A stretch of DNA of 64,000 bases from Azolla caroliniana. Lineage: Eukaryota > Plantae > Polypodiophyta. This document shows positions 49,649 to 61,700 of this stretch, in pieces (position 1 is the first letter of the stretch; each line of letters opens with the position of its first letter). The notes beneath the pieces are model-generated. The model saw nothing but the letters and a program-made list of their open reading frames with translations. It did not search any database and was not told the DNA's origin. The position numbers and the translations under genes are program-made. The DNA is taken from contig JBHGNT010000018.1 of NCBI GenBank assembly GCA_043228905.1, forward strand, positions 6,572,001-6,636,000, given 5' to 3'.

Positions 49649-50932
49649 TGATTCGGTTGAACATTTAATTGTTTCTTAACACCTCTTTCCTTTATATTTG
49701 CATGTAGTGAGTATTTAGGGATACCGATGCTAAGGCCCAAAGTACAAACGAACTTGGAAGGGATCCAAAGCCTAATGTAGTAAATGCATCGACATTTGAT
49801 TTGTGGCCTTCTTGTGTTAAGTGGCCCTTGAACACAATATGGAACCTTAATTGGGTCATAATAAGTTTAACTGTTAAATACCCTCAGCAGTGATATGATG
49901 TCATCCAAAAGGATCCCTAGACCTTGATCACAAAGATTATTGAAGATAGTTTAAGTAGTCTGATTGATTATGAGATATGGTATCCTATGCCAAAACAACC
50001 GATCATTAAACAGCAACGCCCACAAATTCACCTGATGAGGCTTCACATCATTCACTATGAATACCGCAATCAAAGAGAAATCCACAACTTTTGGCATCTA
50101 ACACCAAAGGCTTCTCTTCTCTTTCCTAAGCTACATTTTGAAAGGTACCCTTAATCTGATATCTCTTGCTGTTGGACACGTGAGTTCTAGATGTGTGAGT
50201 TGGCAACGCATCATCTTTGCGTTCGTCTTTTTGTCAATTAAGAGATGCCAACGCCATCATCTGTCTTTGGTGATCTGTAGTTTTTTCTCCTATTCTTACT
50301 TCATACAACTAATTATAGAAAATGTGAGATGCTGCCAGTTGCCCCTCAACTGCTGATCAACAGGAAAGGGCCATCTACTGCTAAAAATGATAGCTATCAT
50401 CTTCTGGTTTTTTTAAGCATCTGTGACATATAACACATAAACAGAAGATGCTTATGAGCTCACATGTTCATATGCTCATTGAAAGTGCATGCCAGTGGCT
50501 GTGCTGTGTCTTTTAAGTGGTCAAGACTTCTACGGAACAGGTAAATGTGTCCACACGTGTCCAACAAATTTAGACATTGCACATGATTAGTCTATTCAAT
50601 CAATGCAAAAGTGAAGCAGCTGATAACACCATGAAAATCTTGACAAACTGCTAACAATGTTAAAAAGAATGGTTCTACCTGACCAAGTGCATCATATAAA
50701 TTTAACTCTTCTGGTACCTTTACATCTCAAACTCCAAAAATGAGCATTTTAAATGTAAAACACAGGTTCGTAGCATGAAATGTACTACGATCAGCGGTCA
50801 CCAAGCTAGACGTGTACATGCATGCAAACTCTAAATTGGCACTCCTAAACTCACTCAATGTAATATAATATTAGTATGAATTACTAAGTTTGACAAATGA
50901 ACCAGCCACAAATCATAAATTAACTACAATGC

Positions 50933-53900
50933 CTATTGTTGGTTGCACTCTGGTGGTTTCTCCCCGCTTGCTGGCTGGCCCGCTGCCTGGGAACCAGATT
51001 TCTGGAGAGCAAAAGATATGTTTAGCAAGATAAATAAGCAAGAAATCGTCAAATCACATAACTAATAAATTCTCACCTTTGGTTTAGGAGCAGGTTTCTG
51101 CAAAACACATAATAAACCAAGTCAAAAATGTCTCATCATCAGATTTGATGGGAACTTTGCTTCAACAGAAAATAAACTTACCTTGATTGTTTCTTCTTCG
51201 TCATCTTCTTCATCATCCTCATCTTCCTCATCCTCTTCGTCTTCCTCTTCGCCATCATCTTCTTCTGCCTCTTCTTCAAAGTCTTCACCTTGCAAAGCCT
51301 CCCCAGTATACCATGAAACAGCATGGGGGATGATTTTGTCCTTTATTGTGGATCTATACATACATCGATACAAATTGTTCATTAAGTATACTAAGTAAAA
51401 CCATAATGATCCATGTTATGTTGTATGTCCTGAAAAAAGAATCCAGCTAAACATAGAAAATGGGATACTAAAAGCCACCAAAAACAAATCTGGTGTAAGT
51501 AGAACTCAAATGTGTAACAGAAAGTTACAGTTGCAACATACCCTATATCATAATCTTGCTCCATAAGATCTTGCAGATGTTCCGCCTGAAGATGCAGTAA
51601 AATATTGATTTACAAGAACATTCAAAACTTATACTAGAGTACACCTTACAACATATGTAACAATAAATTCAGCGGTTATTAGCACGCATTCCAATAGAGA
51701 AAGTGATGCATACAGTTTCTTCATCAAGGTCCTCATCATCCTCTGGAACTTTGGGAGGATTAAAGAAGTTGAAGAAGCTGTCACAATCTTCAATTTTGGT
51801 TGCAGGTTTTGTGTTTCTTGATCCTTTCTTAGGCTTTTTCTGTAGAACTTTCTGTGTCACATTTTTTCCTGGGTACCATTCTATTTCAGTCCTGTTCAAA
51901 ATAACCTTGAGATCAACACAAGATTCAACCAGTATAAAATAGTTCCAATAGTGGGACGAAGCATTTATTGCATATATGTGGGCCTACCCCACGGCACGCT
52001 CCAAGATTGGTTCATCTTCTTCAACCATGTGATAGACCTTTGTCAACTGCCAAAAGTTTGAGGGTGAGAGGTTTTGAATGCCAATACCAAAATATTAACA
52101 CAAAAAATTAGGATATAATTAAAAGAGTACCAGCGTGTTTTTGAAATAAGGATTCTCTGCAAAATGGAACTCAAGTTTAAACCCTTTCTCTCCCTCAAGG
52201 TTGAGGCTTTGTACATCTTTCAAGTATTTCAAGGGCCCTTCATCACGCTTCGTTATCTGTGGATATCAATTGATAAATCACCATTTTGAAGGCGTAGGAA
52301 TTCCAGAAAGAAAAAGAGAAAGTTAATCACCTCTTCTCCCAGAACATCATTTGTCTTCATAGCCGTAAGCCAAAAATCTGGGATCCCTTTCTCTATGAAT
52401 ACAAACCACGTACATTAGCATTACCATATGATTGCAATGCAGTCACGTTGAGCTGCAAATTAAAATACCTTCAGGATTATCTGTTTCAGCAGCTGGATTT
52501 GTTTCAGAAACTTCAGCTGTTATATTTTGTTCAACATCGACCACTCCATTAACAATATTAAAACGCTGTACAGCACATTTCCACACTATAAGTCGCCCTT
52601 CATTGTCAACAAGTAGGATTGACCAAACTGACATGAATTGACCAACCAAAAAGTCCTTTATCCCTTACGCCCATCCCAACTCACCTTGCCACATCTTGGC
52701 ATTTTACACATTTCAAATAAGATCTTAAATGATAAAGTAGAGAAGATTTCACACCTTTTCATAGAGTGGCGCATACAACTTTTGATATTTGGCTACCAAA
52801 GCTGCTCTTTCTTCAAGAAACTTTGCCTCGTGTTCATCATGTTGTTTCTGGAAGCGAATGATTTGTCCTTTCAGTATATCAATCTAATTTTCTCTCTCCT
52901 CGACTCAAATTATACATATGAATTGCGTAAGTGGAACACAACAAGAAGAATGTGGAAACAGAAAGTTGGATGCTCTCAAGAGTTTAAACTCATTAACCAC
53001 CAGAATATTGATTATGAGACCTAAACCTCTTGCTTCACTTTTGACATTAACTGTGCATCACATAAACGATTAGCGTGTAGAATATAATTATTCATGCTCA
53101 CATGTCAGCAGCCCTGGTTCTATGCATGAACCATGCGACATTTTCCATTATCCGAGTATTAAAATGTAGCAAACATTCACATCAGCTTGATTTTCAAGCA
53201 TCCATGAAAAACATTGTAAGGTTGTGCAACATATTTGGACAAACAAGGCAGCTTAATGCTTCAAGAATCACCCTTTCAATACCACAAATGAAGACAATTT
53301 TTAAATGTATATCAACAAACTAAGCAAGCAAGCTTTGGATTTACCTGTAGATCTTGCAGGGCAACTACACGTCTCTTAACATTTTCTGGGAGTGATTCAA
53401 CATAGCCAGAGGATATTCCAGTCAAACTATCTAGCTTCTCCTGCATGATGAATAGAAAACATAAAATAAAAAGCCACACAATTTCTTGACTCTACAAAAT
53501 GGTTCAAGTTCACTTGTTTGCACAATAGTCGCAACTGATTTCTACACGCCTTCAAAAGGCAATATGCTGCTTGGAAAATAGTATCAAAAAATTTGCGAGT
53601 TAAATTTTCCCAGCCATATAGAGCTCTAGTATGATTTACATCACCATAAATTCATACAATGATAAAGAAGACCATACAATACTGGGAGAAAATTCAGATT
53701 AATCATGGTGAATACAGAAATGATATATAACAATCAAGTCTTTAAGAATAACGAAGTGCCTTGTTATGATTTTCATGGAAGATTATTGTTCGTACCTTAA
53801 ATGCACTAGCCAATCCAGCTCGTTCTGCAGCACTAAGGCCTACCAATAAAGCACATAAACATAAAAATAAAGATGCAGCTCAAAAATGCTGGGCAAAAGC

Positions 53901-54694
53901 ATCAACCAGATCTAATTAGAATGCCACATAAATTAGATACTAATTACTATTTCATAAAGACCCAACGAATTTTCTGGAATTAGAGTCAATGAGTTTGACA
54001 ATACTGCGGCATCCTCAAAAACATTTTCAAAAGAAGGCTTACCAGAAGCACATAGATATCAAGATAGGAAGAACAAAAACATCGCAGAAAGAAAGAACGA
54101 AAGCACCAGGAAATGAGAAACACAACAACACAATCAAAATAGAAAGTTTTTACGCTTGAAAAGCTCAACACTTACTGCTTTAACCAGTGAAGAAAAAAAG
54201 AAGAAAATATGAGCTCTCCAGACAAGAAGGCCTCTTTCAAAAAGGATGATTTCGAGCTTAATCACGCAAAATGCAACCGGCAGAAAAAAAGTGACCAAAG
54301 ACACGAAAACAAATCAGAATGAAACAAAGTCACAATCACGATGCGCAGAATGTTCCAATGCATAAAGAAGGAGAGAAACAAGTCAGAAAAGAAAAGACGA
54401 AAGAAACGCAGCATTTTCAGAGGAGGCGGGAACGAAACCAGAGAGGAAAAGGAGACAATATATATAGAATTGCATTTCAACCGAAACGTCAAAGGAAAAA
54501 GGCGGCGAGGAGATTAGGGAGAAGCGCAAAATCTCCGTAGACGGGGGAAAGGCATATAGGCACGCCGGGGGCTGTGGAGAGACACAGGAACGAGATCTCA
54601 AAAACGAGAGCAGAGAAGAAAGCGTACCAGGAAGAGACGTGCCGAGGTCGGCCATGGAGTATGCAGAGGGCGGGTTCTGTCCGTCTTTGCTCAT
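50933..54694 (-). CDS. NAP1: Nucleosome assembly protein 1 (NAP1 family histone chaperone), 13 coding exons, 375 aa
   Basis: Exons: 54694-54628, 53839-53796, 53440-53345, 52847-52755, 52565-52469, 52392-52331, 52256-52131, 52046-51988, 51891-51714, 51585-51542, 51353-51182, 51097-51077, 51001-50933. All introns are GT-AG, phases are consistent and the total is 1128 nt. Motifs: [60 protein letters not shown], acidic tail, terminal CNQQ. Confidence 0.95.
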
Positions 54695-54811
54695 GGCGAC
54701 AGGAAACCCTAGCGACGCTCCGCAGGAAATGGAGGATTTCTTCTCGCAGAGACGGGGCCTCGTCTTCCGATGGTTCGCTTGTATCTTCTCTTTTAAAAGA
54801 CTCGCAAACAC

Positions 54812-54850
54812 AGAGAGAGAGAGAGAGAGTGTGTGTGTGTGTGTGTGAGT

Positions 54851-54931
<81 letters not shown>

Positions 54932-54948
54932 AGAGAGAGAGAGAGAGC
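54812..54948. repeat. Compound (GA)n/(GT)n microsatellite in the NAP1 5' UTR/promoter
   Basis: Alternating GA and GT runs about 120-255 bp upstream of the NAP1 ATG. Confidence 0.95.
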
Positions 54949-56619
54949 TTAATTTGTTCTCTTTGGCTGCTTGCTGTTTGTTGGGTTCCTCTCTCTCTCT
55001 CTCTCACAGATCGATCTTATTCCTTCATATATCTTAGGGCAAAACAAATCCCCCTCCCTAAGCATATGTCTTGTCCATCCCAACGAACCTCTCTCTTGTG
55101 TCTTGTTGTTCCCAGGGGCTAGGAACTGAACAAAGATTCGCCACCAACTAGTCAGGGCATATTGGGCCAGGGTCAGAACAAAAAGACACATTACCAACTA
55201 GATGGTGGATGGAGGATCAAGGGGATCAGGGGGTTCGTGGGCTTCCTCTATATACATGCCCCACTCCTTTCTTATTTTACTACTTGTCAGAGAATCTGGA
55301 TCCGTAACCTTGAAAAAAATGGGGCACCCAATGTAGTGATTCGAAATAGATGGCATGTGTGAACAGATTCTTCTTGCTTGCGTTCGGTCCTTAATGGAGC
55401 CCGTGCATCGGTTTTAAGTGAAGGATGGGTATGTACTGTATCCGCTATTAATCATGCTCTGATCTATCTCAACCATCTGTGGTGTCTTGTCAAGAATTAA
55501 TTGCGCGTCCTCGTTCTACAAATACCATTCGCGACTACATTGAATATTCAGCATGTCGTAGTATTTGGATTGTAGCTCAAGTAATTCCCATCCCTAAATT
55601 CAATGTTGAAGTAAATCCATTTGGAGAAACGATGAAAAGTTAGGGGCATGAAGAAAATATAAAGAAATTTTCGAGGGTATTTCAAGGTTTTCCATCAATA
55701 ATCATAGATTAAATATTAATGAATTCTATGTTAATCAACATCTAGTACAATCCACACAACTACATAACACAAATGTTTTAGTTTTTTAATGACCAAAAGT
55801 AATGTTTTGTAATATCAAATCTTTCAATTGATGAACATAAGGTATATCATGATCGAAGCACACTTGAGGAGAGTTTAAGGCATGCATGCAATTGGATGGA
55901 TCCATTACCACATGTATGAGTAAAGTCTTTCAATATCCCTACCAAAAGCTACCTTTTTTATTCTCAAGTGTTCATCTTGAGAACCACCTCGAGTTCAATG
56001 TGTAGGAATGTACCACCATTAATAATTTTGTTGATGAGATGAGCAAGGGTGAGTTTAAATTATCCTTGAGTTACTTGTGTTTGCAATGTCTACTAAAACA
56101 AGCTCTAGATTCAATCCACAACTTAATCATTCATATAAGACAAGGGACACTATATTTAACCACTAAGATACTTTACCACATTTCCGCGCATTTGATCGAA
56201 GAACCAAAAGTCAAGAAGTTGCCAAATCAATGTAGCCTCATTATCCACTAAAATAAATACAACTTATTAATAATACAAAACTTAGGCTCTAAACTGGAGA
56301 AGAGAATTAAGGAGGAGAACGAGAGAGAATGCATAAATTTTAGCTCTAGAGAATAAGATAAAATGAACAAGAACCTTTGTAAAGGATTTATAATCTCACT
56401 TTTATACTTCGTCCGTTTGATTAAATTACTATCTCCCTTTTATACTTGGATGTTATGAAGGTTGTAAACAAATGGAAGTGGTGTAGATGATCTTGTGCAA
56501 CGGAAGAGAACTGTGTGTACGTGTGTGTAAGGCAACCAGAGAGAGAGAGAGAGAGAGAGATAAACACATGAACTCTTTAAGAAATATGTGATTAAGTTAA
56601 AGGGGCCTTTTACGGTTTT

Positions 56620-58748
56620 ATTTCAGAAGGTGTGGACATAAGGGGAAATGCCTCATTCTTGGAAGATTGGTTTGATCAAGCTTTTGCCGAAGGTGCCTTC
56701 TCCAGCTTTCTTTGCTCAATGGAGGCCTATTTCATTGATGGGGGAAAGGAATGTACACGATTTTTGCAAAAGTGATGGCCAATATTCATAATGCTCAATA
56801 TGGGTTTTTAGCAAAAAGAGATATTTTACATAATATTTTAAATGTTCGAATGGCAATTGACTATGTAAAGGAGGCTAAACAAGAATTAGTGTTGCTACAA
56901 TTGGATATCGAGAAATCCTATGATAATGTGGGTTGGTCATTTATAAATCAATTGATGTCTCATATGGGTTTTGGTGATCGTATACCTAAGTTGATATACA
57001 CATTAGGGGAGGGTTCGGTTTCACATGTGATGTTTAATGGAGGAGTAACACAACCGATTTCTATTCAGAGGTCAATTAGACAAGGATGCCCGGTAAGTTC
57101 TTTACTATTCACTATTGTGACACATCCTATTCTTGTTAAGTTACACAATATGGCTATGGAGGAAGAATTGCTTGGACTAAGGTTGCCATCAGGGAAGCCA
57201 TGTATTGTTCAAGCTCTTGCAGATGACCATATTATTGGCACCTAATCGGGAAAATATTAGTAAGACAAGAGATGTGTGGGAATTGTTTTCAAATGCTTCA
57301 GGGTTGAGAATTAATATACATAAATCTGTCCTCATTTCATGTACGGAACAAGATGTGTTAGGGTTGGGGTGGTCAGGAAGGATAGTACATCGTGGTATGA
57401 TTTGTCGTCACCTTGGATATCCAATTGGGGTGGAAGTTTCTCATGTGAAACTTATTGAGTGGGTATCCAAAAGGTTGGAGGATAAGTTTATGTATTGGAG
57501 GTCTCAGTTTTGGCCTTTCCATGTATGACTTAAGGTGGTCCAATTGATTATGGTCTCTATGGTATCTTATTATCTTCCTTTGATCCCATGGTCAAAGAAA
57601 GCTCTTGAAATGGTGTCACGCTCTATGCGAATGTTGTTATGGAAAAGGAAAGGGAAAAGTACCTTGTCATGGTTGGCATGGGATCATGTTTGTACTCCGA
57701 AGCGTCTTGGTGGGGCATCAATATTGAATCTATATGAGCATATGGTGGCTCATCGATTTACTTTCATTCAATTCATGTTTGAAGGTGTACAACCTTGGAC
57801 AAAATTGGTGGCATACTTTATAGAGAAGAACGGAATAAAGCTTGGAAACATGAAGGTTGAAGCGAATTGGTGGAATGTAATTAATTCTAAAAGGGATGTC
57901 AAATGTACAGGGTCTATGATAGTTAATCATTTGTTGACATCTTGGCAAAGTATGTTGGATTTTGTGGAATGGGATCCCCCACAAGACAAGGGATGTGCCA
58001 ATTCATTACAAATGGAGGTTTTGGCAACATCAAGGTTGTTAAGGTGGGAAGGTAAACAAATTCTTAACCTTCAATTTAATCGGATGGCTAGATTGGGTTT
58101 GGTAACAGTTAAGGATGCTATGTTGGTTTCACAAAGAAGAGTAATGGCTTTTCGAACAATAAGATCAACATTTCGTATTCCAAAAGGTTATAAATTTATT
58201 TGGGATAAGTTGCAACAAATACTATCTTCGCATGAGCCAATTCCTAATTTAGATGGGCGATCTCAAGAGCTTGATTGGAGGTTTGTTGGAAATAAGAGAT
58301 TGATTATGATCTCAATGAATGTTGCTTATCACAAGTTGATTGACAAGCATAAGTGGTTGGAAGAAAGGATTATAAAGATATGGGGTTTTCATAATCCCAT
58401 TAATTGGTGGTTTCATGTGATCAAGGCAGGTTGTTCTCGATTGATGCTACGAGCCAAGGTATTTATTTGGAGAGTTATGGTTGGAGCTTTACCATTAGGG
58501 GATGCATTAAAAAAAAGAAACATTACTAAAGGATTGTGTTTCTTTTGTTCGGTGGAATTGGAACATAGTAGGCATCAATTTATTTCATGCCCGATGGCAA
58601 GGATGGTTTGGAGGTGTATCCTAGGCCTTGGGTTTCAAGGCTCAACTTTCACGCCTTTATTATGACATATACATTTTCTTAAATTATTGGATGTCATCGT
58701 GGAATGTTACTATGAGCATAATTGTAATCGTAGTTGTGGGTTAATTTG
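56620..58748 (+). mobile_element. 5'-truncated L1-type LINE (RT and zf-RVT), frameshifted
   Basis: QWRPISLM, LQLDIEKSYDNV, SIRQGCPVSSLLF, ALADD, CRHLGYPIG, WDHVCTPKRLGG, KVFIWRVMVGALP, CFFCSVELEHSRHQFISC. Confidence 0.9.
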
Positions 58749-61700
58749 TGTTGAGCGAGCAAGCTCAACCGGATCCGGATTGGCTGAATAAGCTAGAGCC
58801 GGATCGATGTCCGCATGATATTCGGAACCAGGAGCCGGATCGGAGACCTAGATCAGATTGAAACGGGTAGGCTGTTAGAGGCCTACGGATCCTTGGGAGT
58901 TAGTTACAGTCGCTCGTGTGAGCATTGAAGTACCTGTTAGTCCTTTATGGACTTGTATAAAAGTGCTCTCTAAGCACAGTCTATGTACAAAGTTATAGAG
59001 TGTTATTTTTTTAATAGAGTTTTATGTTCTGCTCTCTCTCTCTCTCTCACTCTCTCTCACTCTCTCTTGTGTATGCTTATTCTCTATGTTAAGCTTCCAT
59101 TAAAACTTCTTCTCTTTACTGTTACTATCCGGCAGAGCCCGTTTGGCATACGCTTCCGCACAGTAACTTTCACATGGTATCAAAGCGCGAGGGTTGAGAA
59201 CTGTAGAAAGTAGCGTACGGAAGCAAGTATGAAGACCGAACTGAAGGAAGAACGCTCAGGTTTAATGGAGAGCTTGAGCTTACACAGTATACGCGGGAGA
59301 GACAGAGAGAGTGAGAGAGAAAGCACAAGAACTATATTCAACAAAAACAACTCAATCTCTATTCACCACTCTTTACATATGTGTGTTCAATGAACACTTT
59401 TATACAAGTCCTAGAAGGACTGACAAAAGTACTGATAGTACTTCAATGCTCATTAAGAGCTCCTACACTAACTCCCAAATATATTCCTCACGGAATATCT
59501 TTCCTAATGGCCTCCCGGTTTACGCACCGATCCAGCCCTACCTATGCACCGATCTGCGTACCGGTTTACGCACCGATCCGGCTCTACCTACGCACCGGTC
59601 TGCGTACCGGTTTACGCATTCGGCCTAACTGATCGGTCCCAACCGATCCGGTCCTCAGCTTCTTCAGCCGATCCGGCCGATGTTGAGCTTGTCTCTCAAC
59701 ACTCCCCATCAAGCTCAACTTGAGGCTCTTCGGGATCTTTGGGCTCACAGCTCCGGTTCCTCCTGGCTTCACGCCTCGCTCGCGCTCCTCGACCTGTTCG
59801 ACTCCGCGCGCTTCGACCCTTCCGGTCGGCTTGTCTGCTCATGTGGCCCTTATCAGCTCTTCTGTTGTTGCGGTGTTGACGCTTCTCCTGCTGCCTTTTC
59901 TTCCGTTTGGGCCTCAGTTGATTCAGCGTATCTAAATCAAACATCCGAATCGACTCGTTTACCTCTGATCGGTTTTCGCTCTCGTCCGAGTTGGCTGTCT
60001 CCAACTTGTCTTCGGTCTTCTCGCCCTCGATGACGTCATCTTCCCCATGCGTGGTTGGCTTCGGCTCTCTCCTTCGGCTGTTCCCCTTCTGTCCGCTTCC
60101 GGACTTTTCCGCGGGTCCGCCCTCGGCTTCTTCAGCCGATCCGAAGTCGAACTCGACAACCGAGTCAACCGACTTGGTGTCGCGGTCTCCGCTCCTTTCT
60201 TGCTGCCTTGCTTGGTCGTTCGGGACTGTTCTCCCCCTCAAGTTTGGCACGTCGAGGTGACGCAACCCGAGCGCACCTGAGAATTGCCGCAACTTGTCCA
60301 GACCAAGAGGCTTGGTGAAGATGTCGGCAGTCTGCCGATCCGTCGGAACGTACTGAAGTTCGACTTCACCGGAAAGGACACGCTCACGGACGAAATGGTA
60401 GTGCACCTCAATGTGCTTGGTCCGTGCGTGGAAAACGGGGTTTTTCGCGAGCTGGATGCTGCTGAGGTTGTCGCAGTAGATCGTCGTCGGATCTGACACC
60501 TCCTCTTGCAGGTCCTTAAGTAGCTACTTCAACCATATGGCTTCGCATGTCGCGATAGCCGCTCCTCGGTACTCAGCTTTGGTGCTTGACAGTGCAACTG
60601 TCGGCTGCTTCTTACTGCTCCACGCGATCGCGGCACTCCCAAGGGAGAACGCGTATCCAGACGTGGATCGGCGATCGGCGGCGTTGCCAGCCCAATCAGC
60701 ATCGGTGTAGCCAACTAACTGTGCGACTGCACTGGTCCGATATAGCAATCCCCGGTCCTTAGTGCCGTTGACATATCGAAGTATGCGTCGCGCACACTGA
60801 AGGTGCTCCTCGGTAGGTCGCGCCATGAACTGACTGATCACCCCGACCGGATAACTGAGGTCGGGTCGGGTGATGGTCAAGTATATGAGGCTTCCGACAA
60901 TTTGTCGGAACCTCATCGGGTCGCATACCTTTCCCATATCGGGACGAAGCTTGACGGTTCTGTCCAGAGGAGTCAAGACGGACTTACAGTCGGCCATCCC
61001 GAATTTGAAGAGCATACTCAGCACGTAATGACGTTGGCTGATCAATATGCCTTCGGGGGTACGAATCACTTCGATCTCGAGGAAGTAATGAAGGTCCCCT
61101 AGATCCTTCATGTCGAACGATGTCGCAAGCTGGATCTTCACGCGGTCGATTTCACCTAGGTCGGCGCCGGTGATGACCAAGTCATCAACATATAGTAAGA
61201 TACTAACCGGTCCGAGTCGACCTTTCCGGATGAACAAGGAGGAGTCCGATTTGGACGTGCCGAAGCCCATCCAACGCAGTTGTTGCATGATCTTCGCGTT
61301 CCAGGCACGCGGGGCTTGCTTTAGTCCGTAAAGGGACTTCTTCAGTCGGCATACTGCCGAGGAGTTCGTTCCGGAGTGAAATCCGGGGGGTTGTACCATG
61401 TACACCTGTTCCTCAAGGTCACCTTGAGGAACGCATTCTTTACATCCATATGATGTAAGTGCCACCCCTTCACCGCAGCTACTGCGAGCAAAACACGGAC
61501 GGTCGTCATTTTCGTGACCAACGCAAATGTCTCATCGTAGTCGATGCCGTGTTTCTGCGCGTAGCCCTTTGCCACTAGCCGAGCCTTGTACCGGTTGACC
61601 GAGCCATCGGTGTTGTACTTGACCTTGTACACCCATATACACCCGATTGGTTTTACCCCTCTTGGTGCGTCAACCAGGTCCCAGGTGTCGTTCTCCGCCA

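Noticed and set aside
54262-55362. Multiple ORFs around the NAP1 5' end
   Set aside because: Explained by intron 1 composition and GA/GT microsatellites. Only 54694-54628 is supported as coding.
55780-56280. Possible decayed DNA transposase remnant
   Set aside because: No motif clear enough to support a call.
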